Under the pieces are notes generated by a model that saw nothing but the letters and a program-made list of their open reading frames with translations, was not told the origin of the DNA and made no database searches. From Candidatus Acidiferrum sp. (GTDB lineage Bacteria; Acidobacteriota; Terriglobia; Acidiferrales; UBA7541), in assembly GCA_035262885.1 (NCBI GenBank), contig DATFRZ010000063.1:9062-73061 (forward strand): 64,000 nt of DNA. Reading direction: 5' to 3'. Shown one piece after another: positions 19,851-31,768 of this stretch. The position numbers and the translations under genes are program-made. Each line of letters starts with the position of its first letter. Within the stretch, counting starts at the first letter, position 1.

Positions 19851-20714
19851 ATGAGAGTCTTTCGAACAACTTTTTTGCTAGTAGCTCTTACGCTTTTGTT
19901 GATGCTGATTGGGCAGTATTTCGGTGGCCGCAACGGCATGACTCTTGCGCTCGGCTTCGCGGTGGTCATGAACGCTTTTGCCTATTTCTTTTCGGACAGG
20001 ATTGCCTTGATGTCTAGCAGGGCCAAATCGGTAACGCGCGAACAGTTGCCGCGCCTCTATGCCGTGATGGACCGCCTTGCGGCGAAAGCAAATTTGCCGG
20101 TCCCGAAACTCTATGTCGTTCCCGAAGCCGCACCCAATGCCTTTGCCACCGGAAGAAATCCGCGGCATGCGTCGGTTGCCGTAACGCAGGGCTTGCTCGA
20201 ACTGATGAATGACGACGAACTTGAAGGCGTCATCGCTCACGAGCTATCTCACGTGCGAAATTACGACATTCTGATCAGCTCGATTGCCGCAACCCTAGCC
20301 GGAGCGATTTTCCATCTCGCTACCATGGGCCGCTGGGCCATGATTTTTGGGGGATACGGAGGGGACCGCGAGGACCGCGACGGCGGCGGAATCGCTGCGA
20401 TCCTGATGCTGATTTTGGCGCCGATCGCCGCAATGCTCTTGCAGTTAGGCCTCTCCCGGCAGCGGGAATACTCTGCGGACGCGACCGGCGCGAGGATGGT
20501 CGGCAATCCCTACGGCTTAATGAGTGCTCTCGAAAAGCTGGGCGCATACAACAGCCGCATCCCAACGACCGCCATTACGCCTTCTACTTCGTCTCTGTGC
20601 ATCGTGAAACCCCTCTTTGGGGGCGGGTCGTTGGCGACGCTGCTGAGCACGCACCCGGCGCTCCCAGACAGGATTGCCAAGCTCCGCGATATGACCATCA
20701 TTCCCGAAAGGTAA
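19851..20714 (+). CDS. htpX: Zinc metalloprotease HtpX (M48)
   Basis: PNAFATGR, AHELSH, SRQREYSAD, STHP. Confidence 0.93.
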   Translation: MRVFRTTFLLVALTLLLMLIGQYFGGRNGMTLALGFAVVMNAFAYFFSDRIALMSSRAKSVTREQLPRLYAVMDRLAAKANLPVPKLYVVPEAAPNAFATGRNPRHASVAVTQGLLELMNDDELEGVIAHELSHVRNYDILISSIAATLAGAIFHLATMGRWAMIFGGYGGDREDRDGGGIAAILMLILAPIAAMLLQLGLSRQREYSADATGARMVGNPYGLMSALEKLGAYNSRIPTTAITPSTSSLCIVKPLFGGGSLATLLSTHPALPDRIAKLRDMTIIPER

Positions 20715-20869
20715 GGCATGCGCGGCTCGTCGAATCCGTGCTCATTTTGTCCATTTGGGGTGTAATCTTTTCAGAACGAACTCTCTCCTGCGGTTTACAT
20801 GGCCCGTGCTAGGATTAGCTAAGCCTCTTTGTTTCAGCATCTTGAGGCCTTGAGCTCTCCCGGCCACCT

Positions 20870-20886
20870 TTGGCGTCGCAAATGCA
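20870..20886 (+). promoter_or_regulatory. Sigma54-like promoter
   Basis: TTGGCGTCGCAAATGCA (GG-N10-GC); IHF-like TTTCAGCATCTTG at 20832-20844. Confidence 0.5.
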
Positions 20887-20939
20887 CGGTCAAATAGCGC
20901 CTAGCTGTTTCTATTGGGGGAAAGCTGGGGGCAAGGGTA

Positions 20940-21140
20940 ATGAGCTGTCGCGATACAATCCACCTGATTTGCTGGTACTTAGAGGGGCGTTTGTCTTCGG
21001 TGGTCGAAACCGAGATCAGGCGTCACCTCGAAAGCTGCTCGGACTGCCGTCTCGTACTTGAAGCGGCGGTGAACACGCTTGACTGCTACTTTAACGCAGA
21101 GCGCGGTGAAGTGACTGCTGACGCTTTTCGCGCAGCTTAG
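20940..21140 (+). CDS. Stand-alone zf-HC2 (zinc anti-sigma-like) protein
   Basis: MSCRD...YLEGRL...HLESCSDC (HxxxCxxC). Confidence 0.8.
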   Translation: MSCRDTIHLICWYLEGRLSSVVETEIRRHLESCSDCRLVLEAAVNTLDCYFNAERGEVTADAFRAA

Positions 21141-21287
21141 TCCGCTCGCTTTGTAAGCCCATCAATCCAAAGCTGTTAACCGTTCTCTCCGTACGCACCA
21201 CCCTCCGCTAAATACGCGGACGTCAGCTCAGAAGCCCGAACAGTCAGAGAGTTTCAAGCGCCTTCTACCTACTTGCGTAAGCTTTAC

Positions 21288-21373
21288 ACGTACTAGTACG
21301 TATAGAATCTGGCTTCTGCACTTCTTTCTGACGGTCATCAACCTGATTCGGCTTGATTTAGCTAGTACTAGTA
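21288..21373. promoter_or_regulatory. Pair of TACTAGTA palindromes (candidate activator sites)
   Basis: Perfect 14-bp palindrome ACGTACTAGTACGT at 21288-21301 and CTAGTACTAGTA at 21362-21373. Confidence 0.5.
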
Positions 21374-21386
21374 GCATTAGGCCCAT

Positions 21387-21403
21387 TTGGCTTCAGGGAT
21401 GCT
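21387..21403 (+). promoter_or_regulatory. Sigma54-like promoter
   Basis: TTGGCTTCAGGGATGCT (GG-N10-GC) about 50 nt upstream of ATG 21454. Confidence 0.45.
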
Positions 21404-21453
21404 GCTTCCCCGGCAAGGCCAAGTCGCCTATGCAAAAGGAGAGACGAACGTTT

Positions 21454-22293
21454 ATGAGCGAATTCCAAGAGTTTTCTCACACGACTAACTCAGGGACGCC
21501 TCGTTGGGTCGGATTAGCGCTGGCCGCCCTAGGTGGCCTTTCCCTGATCGGATTGGGAATTGGCTGGAGCGCCTTCAATCAGGCGAAGAGCCTGGAGCAG
21601 GCAACGGTGGCCTCGAAACAGGCCAATGAAGCGCTGAGCCAGCGTCTGGCGAAAGCAGACGAAATCAATCAGCAACTTCGCAGTGATCTGAGGGTCATTG
21701 CGGACAAACAGAACGTTACCCAGGGAGAACTGGTCACGGCCCGCAAGCAGGACAAGAGCGCCACTCATGCGATAGACCAGAAGGTCGACAACCTCGCTAC
21801 GTCGGTGAAGGCGGAGCTAGCCACCAAGGCAAGCGCGGATGACGTCACCAAGCTGAACGGCGATGTCACGGGAGTGAAGGGCGACCTCGACGCCACTAAG
21901 AACAGCATCCAGATGGCCCGCAGCGAAATGGGCACCTTGATTGCCCGCAACCACGACGAAATCGATCAGCTTCGGCGTATTGGCCAGCGCGATTATTTTG
22001 AATTCACCGTGCAGCGCAAGGGCGGAGCCACCAAGGTGGGCAGCATTCAACTGGTGCTGAGAGACACGAACCCCAGGAAGAACCAATACACCATGAACGT
22101 GCTGGCCGATGACAACAGCTTTGAGAAGAAGAACCGCTCGGTCAACGAACCCATCTTCTTCTACACGGGAGGCAGCCGCTCCGCGCTGGAACTCGTGGTC
22201 AACAAAGTCACCAAGAGCAGCGCTAGCGGCTACTTGAGCATGCCCAAGGGCGCGACCACCTCGGCGGCAAGCACGGCGACTTCTGGCCAGTAA
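21454..22293 (+). CDS. Membrane-anchored coiled-coil protein of unknown function
   Basis: One N-terminal TM helix, long heptad region, C-terminal beta domain; RBS aaggag. Confidence 0.8.
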   Translation: MSEFQEFSHTTNSGTPRWVGLALAALGGLSLIGLGIGWSAFNQAKSLEQATVASKQANEALSQRLAKADEINQQLRSDLRVIADKQNVTQGELVTARKQDKSATHAIDQKVDNLATSVKAELATKASADDVTKLNGDVTGVKGDLDATKNSIQMARSEMGTLIARNHDEIDQLRRIGQRDYFEFTVQRKGGATKVGSIQLVLRDTNPRKNQYTMNVLADDNSFEKKNRSVNEPIFFYTGGSRSALELVVNKVTKSSASGYLSMPKGATTSAASTATSGQ

Positions 22294-22347
22294 GTCTGAA
22301 AACTTTGTGTAAGCGGCTTCAGATACAGTGGGATACAGGGGCCGACC

Positions 22348-22379
22348 AGGGGAGGATTGCAGAGGAGTCCTCCCCTTTT
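22348..22379 (+). terminator. Intrinsic terminator
   Basis: aggggaggatt/agtcctcccct stem plus T run. Confidence 0.7.
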
Positions 22380-22518
22380 CCTTTGCGCTGGTCCGGGAAT
22401 AAAGTTGGCACTTCGGGCGGTTTAGGAAGTGGCTGGACACCGGAGCCGTGGCTATGCGAAGCTAAAGAAACGGCCCGGCAACTCAACCACCACGAATGGA
22501 CTTCTGGAGGGGGGAAAA

Positions 22519-22842
22519 ATGAAACCAAGACTCTCAATGGCAATTGCGGCAACTCTCTTCGCGGGAACGCTTGCAATGGCAGCGGACAGCTCCCTGACGG
22601 GCTGGATTTCCGATAGCCAGTGCGGGGCAAAGGGCGCGAACGACAAGGCCGGCGAGTGCACGACAAAGTGCGTCAAGGAGCATGGCGCGAAGTATGTGTT
22701 CGTGAACGACGCCGACAAGAAAGTGTACGTGGTCGATGCTCAGGACAAGGTAGCGGCGCATGCCGGCCATCACGTGACCGTCAAGGGCACGGTAGAGGGC
22801 GACACGTTGAAGCTGACCAGCATCGACATGGCCGGCAAGTAA
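22519..22842 (+). CDS. Small secreted protein (DUF5818-like)
   Basis: Signal peptide; GWISDSQCG...CTTKCVK...HAGHHVTVKG; RBS ggaggg. Confidence 0.8.
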   Translation: MKPRLSMAIAATLFAGTLAMAADSSLTGWISDSQCGAKGANDKAGECTTKCVKEHGAKYVFVNDADKKVYVVDAQDKVAAHAGHHVTVKGTVEGDTLKLTSIDMAGK

Positions 22843-22870
22843 GCAAAAAAGCATTCTATATTCGGAACCG

Positions 22871-22909
22871 GCGGGCAGGCTGAGTCATTCGGCCTGCCCG
22901 CTTGGTTTT
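22871..22909 (+). terminator. Intrinsic terminator
   Basis: gcgggcaggctga/tcggcctgcccgc stem plus ttggtttt. Confidence 0.65.
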
Positions 22910-22946
22910 GCGCCGCCCCACATTTCCGTTACGATGTTGCACGGCC

Positions 22947-24113
22947 ATGCCGACCACGTTGATCCATGCGGGACGTGCTTTGACTCCCACTTCGGAAATC
23001 GGTGACGCCGGGATTCTGATTCGGGATGACGTCATCGAGGCGATTGCACCGCGCAGCGGCTTGACCCTGCCCGCTGCCGGGACGGAGCTCAAAGCGACTG
23101 AGAAAACGGCGATTCCGGGATTTATTGACATTCACATTCACGGCGCGGGGGGGCGCGACGTAATGGAAGGCAACGGCGATGCGCTGGGCGTTGTCGCGCG
23201 GAAGGTGGCGGAGTTTGGCACCACCTCGCTGTTGGCCACCACGGTGACGGCGGCACCTAACGCCACGGTTCGAGCGACGGCGGCAATTTCGTTGTACATC
23301 AGTCAGCAACATGCGGCAAGGGAATCCCGCGCCGAAGTTCTGGGGATTCATTTCGAGGGGCCGTTCATCAGCAGAGAGCGGCGTGGCGTGCACCCCGTGG
23401 AATGGATTCAGCCTCCGTCACAGGACTTGCTCAACCGTTTCCTTCAGGCGGCGGAAGGAAAGGCGCGCCTGATTACCATTGCTCCGGAAGTGTTCGGCGC
23501 GGCTCCGTGCATCGATGCCGCACGCAAGGCAGGCTTAGTCGTTTCCGTGGGCCATACCGATGCCAATTACGAGCAAACGCGCTTTGCCATCGCCCACGGG
23601 GCGCGCAGCGCTACGCACACCTATAACGCCATGCGGCCGTTCACGCACCGCGATCCGGGGGTGATCGGCGCGGTGCTGACTTCACCGGAAATCAACGCGG
23701 AGCTGATCGCTGACGGAGTGCACGTCGAAGAAGGTGCGATGAAGCTGCTCTTAAGAGCGAAGGGGTATGAGCGGGTTACGCTGGTAAGCGACGGGCTCTC
23801 CGCCACAGGCATGCCGGATGGAAAATACATGCTGGGCGGTTTTGAGGTAACGGTGACCAACGGCGTCTGCCGCAACGCCGCGGGAATCCTAGCCGGCAGC
23901 ACTTTGACACTTGACCGCGCGCTTCGAAACATCGTGAACCTGGGTGTTCCGCTGGCGGACGCGGTCCGTATGCTGACGCTGAATCCGGCGTCTTTGCTGG
24001 GGATCGAATTCAAGAAGGGATCTTTGAGGGTGGGGGCGGATGCGGATGTTTTGCTTCTGGATCAATCTCTGCGTGTGACGGATGTTTGGGCGCGCGGGCT
24101 GCCGATGCATTAG
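22947..24113 (+). CDS. nagA: N-acetylglucosamine-6-phosphate deacetylase
   Basis: PGFIDIHIHG, GIHFEGPF, GHTDA, THTYNAM, ADGVHV, LAGSTL. Confidence 0.95.
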   Translation: MPTTLIHAGRALTPTSEIGDAGILIRDDVIEAIAPRSGLTLPAAGTELKATEKTAIPGFIDIHIHGAGGRDVMEGNGDALGVVARKVAEFGTTSLLATTVTAAPNATVRATAAISLYISQQHAARESRAEVLGIHFEGPFISRERRGVHPVEWIQPPSQDLLNRFLQAAEGKARLITIAPEVFGAAPCIDAARKAGLVVSVGHTDANYEQTRFAIAHGARSATHTYNAMRPFTHRDPGVIGAVLTSPEINAELIADGVHVEEGAMKLLLRAKGYERVTLVSDGLSATGMPDGKYMLGGFEVTVTNGVCRNAAGILAGSTLTLDRALRNIVNLGVPLADAVRMLTLNPASLLGIEFKKGSLRVGADADVLLLDQSLRVTDVWARGLPMH

Positions 24114-24139
24114 ACGAAAGTTTGAGTTTTCTCGGCGAA

Positions 24140-24403
24140 TCACGGATTCAGCGGGAGATTGAGCTCCTCAGCAAGCTCTGCGGGATCAAACGGACTGCAA
24201 GCAAAATAGCGGCCGTCTACTTCGAGAGTTGGGACTTTGCGCAGGCCGTGGTTTGCTTTTAGAACGATTTCTTCAGCGGCCTCATTCTCTTCGATATTCA
24301 CCTCGCGATAGGCCACGCCCCTTTGCCGCAGAAACGCCTTCGTGTAGCGGCAATCCGGGCACCAAGCCGTGGTGTAAATCGTGATGGGCTCCATAGGTTC
24401 CAT
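24140..24403 (-). CDS. Glutaredoxin/NrdH-like redoxin
   Basis: IYTTAWCPDC, KVPTL; start may be 24394. Confidence 0.85.
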   Translation of the reverse strand: MEPMEPITIYTTAWCPDCRYTKAFLRQRGVAYREVNIEENEAAEEIVLKANHGLRKVPTLEVDGRYFACSPFDPAELAEELNLPLNP

Positions 24404-24474
24404 ACACAATTAGATTAGATGAATTAGCCGGATTCCGCGTCACCAACTTGACGGGGAGCCGCGAATCGCAAACG

Positions 24475-24906
24475 TCAGTGAGAATTGGCAGGCACGCCGC
24501 GGAATTTGCGCGCAACCTGAATGCGAATGAGAGCGCGCTGAAGCGCCACGCTAGCGCGGTCCCAATCGATGTCGGGAGCGCCTGCGGCAAGCCTTTTTTC
24601 GGCGCGCGCCCTCGCGGCTTCTGCACGCTCAAGGTTGATTTCGGCTGCCAGCTCAGCGGTTTCCGCGAGAACCGTAACGCGATCCGGCAAAACCTCCGCG
24701 AAACCGCGAACGATGGCAAGAGGCGCCCCCTGCGCCGCGCCCTGATACGTCAGTTCGCCGATGCCTAACTCGGTCATCAACGGAGCGTGGCCCGGAAGAA
24801 CTCCGAGGTAGCCATTTGCGCCTGGCAGAGTGACCTCCTTCGTGCGCGCTCGCACCAGTTGCCGCGTCGGCGTGACGATAACCAATTCCATGGCTTCCGG
24901 AAGCAT
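24475..24906 (-). CDS. atpC: ATP synthase F1 epsilon subunit
   Basis: IVTP, GVLPGHAP, GFAEV; follows atpD. Confidence 0.95.
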   Translation of the reverse strand: MLPEAMELVIVTPTRQLVRARTKEVTLPGANGYLGVLPGHAPLMTELGIGELTYQGAAQGAPLAIVRGFAEVLPDRVTVLAETAELAAEINLERAEAARARAEKRLAAGAPDIDWDRASVALQRALIRIQVARKFRGVPANSH

Positions 24907-24912
24907 TTTGTC

Positions 24913-27248
<2,336 letters not shown>

Positions 27249-27270
27249 GGTCTTTCGTCAGTCGCTATCC

Positions 27271-28803
27271 CTAATTCGCCGCCGCGGCAGTCACGGCAAA
27301 GCGTTCTTTGAACCCGTCGACAGCCGTTTTGATTTCCGCCTTGATCCCGTCGTCCAGCGCTTTCTTCGCCGCAATGTTCTTCAGCAATGACGGGTAATTC
27401 GTCTCGGTAAACTGCAAGAACTCGCGTTCGAAACGGCGTACTTCACTTACCGGCAAAGTGTCGAGTGCTCCGCTTGTGCCCACCTGAATAATCAACACCT
27501 GCTTTTCGGCCGGAAGAGGGACGTACTGGTCCTGCTTCAAAACTTCTGTCAGCCGCTGGCCACGCGCAAGCTGACCTTGCGTCACCTTATCGAGCTGATC
27601 TGCACCGAACTGAGCGAACGCCGCCAATTCGCGGTACTGCGCCATGTCCAACCGCAATGAACCCGCCACCTGGCGCATAGCCTTGATCTGCGCGTTGCCC
27701 CCCACGCGGCTTACGCTGATGCCCACGTTGATGGCCGGACGAATGCCTGCGTTAAAAAGGTCCGTTTCCAGATAAATCTGCTCGTCGGTAATCGAAATGA
27801 CGTTTGTCGGAATGTAAGCAGAAACGTCGCCGGCCTGCGTCTCAATCACCGGCAGCGCGGTCAAGGAACCTGCGCCCAACTTGTCATTCAATTTTGCTGC
27901 GCGTTCCAGCAACCGCGAGTGCAGATAAAACACGTCGCCCGGAAACGCCTCGCGTCCTGGTGGACGCCGCAGCAGCAAGGAAATCTCGCGGTACGCCTGC
28001 GCATGTTTCGAAAGGTCGTCATAAAACGCCACCGCATGCCGCTTGTTATCACGGAAGTATTCTCCCATGGCGCACGCGGCGTACGGCGCAATGTATTGCA
28101 GCGAAGCGGGCTCCGCGGCTGAGGAAGCTACCACAATCGTGTAATCCATGGCGCCCGCGTCCGTCAGGGTCTTCACCACCTGTGCGATGGTCGAGCGCTT
28201 CTGGCCGATGCCGCAGTAAATGCAAATAACGTCACCGCCCCTCTGATTGATGATGGTGTCGAGAATCACCGCGGTCTTGCCGGTCTGGCGGTCGCCGATG
28301 ATCAGTTCGCGCTGACCGCGGCCGATAGGAATCATGCTATCAATCGCCTTGATACCGGTCTGCAGCGGTTCGCGCACAGGCTGGCGGTCGAGCACGCCCG
28401 GTGCAATGCGTTCGAGGGGATTACGCTGCTTCGTGGCGATGGGGCCTTTGCCGTCCAGCGGCTGTCCCAAAGGATTGACCACGCGTCCTACCAGCGCGTC
28501 GCCCACCGGCACAGACATAATCGTATTCGTGCGCTTTACGACGTCGCCCTCTTTCAGCTCCGTCGTCTCACCGAGCAACACGACGCCGACTTCCTCTTCT
28601 TCCAGGTTTAGCGCGATGCCGTATACGTCATGCGGAAATGCCAGCATCTCGCCGGCCATCACCTTTTCCAACCCGTACACGCGCGCGATCCCGTCGCCGA
28701 CGCTGATGATCGCGCCCACTTCATCCACGGCAAGGGTTTGCTCGTAATTCTCAATCTGCTCGCGTAGAATCTTGCTGATTTCGTCTGCCTTGATGTTTGC
28801 CAT
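27271..28803 (-). CDS. atpA: ATP synthase F1 alpha subunit
   Basis: [27 protein letters not shown]. Confidence 0.98.
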   Translation of the reverse strand: MANIKADEISKILREQIENYEQTLAVDEVGAIISVGDGIARVYGLEKVMAGEMLAFPHDVYGIALNLEEEEVGVVLLGETTELKEGDVVKRTNTIMSVPVGDALVGRVVNPLGQPLDGKGPIATKQRNPLERIAPGVLDRQPVREPLQTGIKAIDSMIPIGRGQRELIIGDRQTGKTAVILDTIINQRGGDVICIYCGIGQKRSTIAQVVKTLTDAGAMDYTIVVASSAAEPASLQYIAPYAACAMGEYFRDNKRHAVAFYDDLSKHAQAYREISLLLRRPPGREAFPGDVFYLHSRLLERAAKLNDKLGAGSLTALPVIETQAGDVSAYIPTNVISITDEQIYLETDLFNAGIRPAINVGISVSRVGGNAQIKAMRQVAGSLRLDMAQYRELAAFAQFGADQLDKVTQGQLARGQRLTEVLKQDQYVPLPAEKQVLIIQVGTSGALDTLPVSEVRRFEREFLQFTETNYPSLLKNIAAKKALDDGIKAEIKTAVDGFKERFAVTAAAAN

Positions 28804-28865
28804 GCCTGCTCCGTCGCTTCCCCGAAGACTTTCTCACCACACCCGTAAACGCTGCTTTTAAGCCC

Positions 28866-29402
28866 CTATTCCCCGGCGAGCCGGGCGCGCATCTCATTCA
28901 ATCGGCTCCGCAGCGAGCCATCGTAAATCGTGTCGCCGATGCGCACCACCGCGCCGCCTAGTAATGCCGGATCGAGCGAATACTTCGGCTCGATTTTCTT
29001 TCCCGTCACCCGCGCCAGCGTTGCCGCCAGATCTTTTTTCTGCGCCGCGCTCAATTCCACCGCCGAGGCAATCGCCGCTTCGGCCACACCCTGGCGCTGC
29101 CGCAACACTTGCTGAAACGTCGCAACAATTTCCGGAATCAGTTGCGTCCGCCGATGGTCAGCAATCACCAACAGAAAATTGCGAAGAATCTTGCTCGCGC
29201 CGATGCGACCCGCGATCTTTTCAATCACCGCGTGTTTTGCCTCCACACTGACGGCCGGGCTTGCGAGGAACGTGCGCAGTTCCGCCGATTGCTCGTACGC
29301 CGCGCCAAAACTCTCCAGTTGCTTGGCCGCGGGCTCGGCAGCGCCTTGTTCTAGAGCGATGTCCGCCAGCGCGTTTGCGTATTGCAGGCTCGCGGATTTC
29401 AA
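28866..29402 (-). CDS. atpH: ATP synthase delta subunit
   Basis: YANAL, DPALLGG, IYDGSL; operon position. Confidence 0.93.
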   Translation of the reverse strand: MKSASLQYANALADIALEQGAAEPAAKQLESFGAAYEQSAELRTFLASPAVSVEAKHAVIEKIAGRIGASKILRNFLLVIADHRRTQLIPEIVATFQQVLRQRQGVAEAAIASAVELSAAQKKDLAATLARVTGKKIEPKYSLDPALLGGAVVRIGDTIYDGSLRSRLNEMRARLAGE

Positions 29403-29983
29403 TTCGGCATCCCTTCCAGGCTTTTCACGAAGTTGCTAATGAGCCCCGCCTGCGCCTGTGCGTTCAACTGCTTCGCCAGGAGCGATTCCGCGCCGTCCAC
29501 GGCCAGCTTTGCGGCCAGCGCTTGCAATTCCAACCGCGCTGCCCGCTCCGCCGATGCGATTTCCGCTTTTGCCGCGGCGCCGATTTTTTCCAGGTCGGAC
29601 AGCGTTGCCATGCGAATTCGCGCGACCTCGGCGGCAGCTTCGCGCTCGGCAAACGCGCGCAATTCCGCAACTTCCTTGTCGAGATTCGCAAGCTTCGTTT
29701 CGGCGTCGCGGAGTTGCGCGTCGGCGGCCGCTTTGGCGCTGCCAGCTTTGCTGATCGCGGAGCTGATGGCCTCCGCGCGCCCGCGGAAAAACCGCGGCCC
29801 CTTTTTCAAACACGCCCACAAGAGCGCGCCCGCCACGACGCCGAAGTTAATCCACTTGAAGATTTCCGTGGCCGTTTCCACGCCAGCCGCGCCGCCCTCT
29901 TCGGCGGCGTGCACCGTCAGAGTTAAGAAAAGCGCCGCAATCGCGGCGCTCGAAGCGACCAATATGTGGCGCTTGGCCCTCAT
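29399..29983 (-). CDS. atpF: ATP synthase F0 b subunit
   Basis: WINF TM helix plus Ala/Glu coiled coil. Confidence 0.88.
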   Translation of the reverse strand: MRAKRHILVASSAAIAALFLTLTVHAAEEGGAAGVETATEIFKWINFGVVAGALLWACLKKGPRFFRGRAEAISSAISKAGSAKAAADAQLRDAETKLANLDKEVAELRAFAEREAAAEVARIRMATLSDLEKIGAAAKAEIASAERAARLELQALAAKLAVDGAESLLAKQLNAQAQAGLISNFVKSLEGMPN

Positions 29984-30456
29984 CCGGCCTCTCTCGCCGG
30001 CGCGCTTGGACGCGGCGGTGCTTGCAGGACGCGCTTCGCGATTTCCGCGGCAAGCTGCGGCACGGACGCTTCCACGTCGCGCCGCGCGGCCGCAAGTTCC
30101 TTGGCAACGTGTTCTTTTGCTTGCGTGACTTCACCGGAAGCCTTGGTTCGCCCGTCTTTCAGCTGCGCCGTGCGCTCGTCGAGCAGTTTCTTTCGCGCGA
30201 CCTCCTGCTCCGCATACACCTTGCCTCGCGCCTGCTTCAAGGCTTCTTGGTATTGCTTGACCTTCTCAGCTGCGGCGGCTTGCGCGGCTTCCGCGGCCTT
30301 CTGTGCGCCCACCGTCCGCGCGTCGCGGTCCGCCATCACCTTCAGCAGCGGCTGAAAGAAAAGTGTCCGTAAGATGAAGTAAAAAATGAGGATAATCAGG
30401 ACTGTGGGCGCAGCCCCAAGGAACAGTTCGCCAAGTTGGTGACCGATGGAAGGCAT
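29980..30456 (-). CDS. ATP synthase F0 b' subunit
   Basis: TM helix, FFQPLLKVMADRDART, coiled coil. Confidence 0.88.
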   Translation of the reverse strand: MPSIGHQLGELFLGAAPTVLIILIFYFILRTLFFQPLLKVMADRDARTVGAQKAAEAAQAAAAEKVKQYQEALKQARGKVYAEQEVARKKLLDERTAQLKDGRTKASGEVTQAKEHVAKELAAARRDVEASVPQLAAEIAKRVLQAPPRPSAPAREAG

Positions 30457-30588
30457 TGATTCAATTGTAACGCCTAAATTTCCGTCGCCTCTGACCCGGA
30501 TCCGCGCGGGGCGGTCGGGTTGGCAGCCGCGCCTCGCTCCAGCCGGGGGAGCGTACGGTGGGCTTCAGACCGCCGCTTTGAAATGTAC

Positions 30589-30617
30589 TTTATAGCATCC
30601 GCCGCGCCGGGCGTCAA
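30589..30617 (-). promoter_or_regulatory. Sigma70 promoter of the atp operon
   Basis: TTGACG-N17-TATAAA. Confidence 0.65.
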
Positions 30618-30934
30618 CGCGGCATCCTGAGTGGTCTACTCGCTCGGGAACTCGTTTTTGCGGTAGGGCCATGCCATTCTCGAGTAGTCCTTTTGCCCTG
30701 ATCGGCGCGATCATCGCCGCCGGTTTTTGTCTGGTTCTCGCGTTCCAAGCCGGCGCACTGCTGCTCCCTTTCCTTCTGTCCAGCCCGTATCAATGGGCGC
30801 CCTTGTGCGAGCGCGGAAAAGACGCAAGGGCTTCTTGCAAACTCGTTAGGCACGGCCGCTGCCAGAGAAACAAAAAGAAAGAGGCGCAGAAAGTCGCGCC
30901 CTCGAGTTGACCCACCAAGCTTCAAAAGAACGGC

Positions 30935-31654
30935 TCACTGCCTGGTTTGCGCGGAAATATCGTACACGTAGTGCATCTCCAGCGTGCGGTTATTTCGCCC
31001 GCTGCCCTCGATGTGCAGGTTTTCGTAGAGCTGCCGGCCGTCGGGAGATAATTCAAATGAGCGGCTCATCTTTCCGCCGCGCGGGCTTTTTTCGTCGGTG
31101 ACCAGCCGGTTGCCATCCCACTTCGCGGCGATTTCCTGGTAATGGTCATCTTTTGATTTTTTCAGCTTGCGCCCGTCCGTCATGAACGCGCGCTTGCGAT
31201 CGTGGTCATCCTGCAAATCCACTTCCGCTCCGGTCATCGAGAGGGTCATCGTCGCCGGGGGGCTCAGGAGTTCGTGCATCTTCTGACGCTCTTCACCACT
31301 TTCGCCGGTGTATCCGCCACGTCGCCCGCCGTATCCTCCGCCGCCAGGCCACCCTCCGCCGCCGCGTCTTCCTCCATAACCTCCGCCGTTCGGATCGCGC
31401 GAGTCTTGCATTCGCTGGCGGGGATCGTCGCTTTCATCGCGGTTCATTCTCCACCCGCCCAGGATGCTTTGTCGAGGAGGCGGCAAAGGAGCTTGCTCTT
31501 GCGGCCGGGCAGTCGGAGCGCTTTGCGTTGGCGCAGCCGTCACCGGCCCCGGCGGCGCCTGCGCCTACACACTCTGCGAGCACGCCAGCAGCGCTCCCGT
31601 CATTCCAAGGAATGAAAAAGCCAGCAGGTCCTTCATCTTCAAGGGCGTTTTCAA
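30935..31654 (-). pseudogene. Secreted Gly/Arg-rich beta-strand protein with an in-frame TAG at the end of its signal peptide
   Basis: GGAGG plus TTG at 31654: MKTPLKMKDLLAFSFLGMTGALLACSQSV*AQAPPGPVTAAP..., continuous with ORF 30935..31543; TAG at 31567-31565. Confidence 0.7.
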
Positions 31655-31768
31655 GGGTTCCTCCGCTTCTCTCCCGAAGAAAGCAGAGGTCAGGAAATGT
31701 CACTTCTTAGAGTCGGTAGTTGACTGGAAGGATGCTTTCCGCATTTAGGCTCCGGGCTTTCCAGACCC

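Noticed and set aside
30671-30910. 79-aa hydrophobic ORF upstream of the atp operon
   Set aside because: No family motif or clear RBS; opposite strand to atp, so not atpI/atpE.
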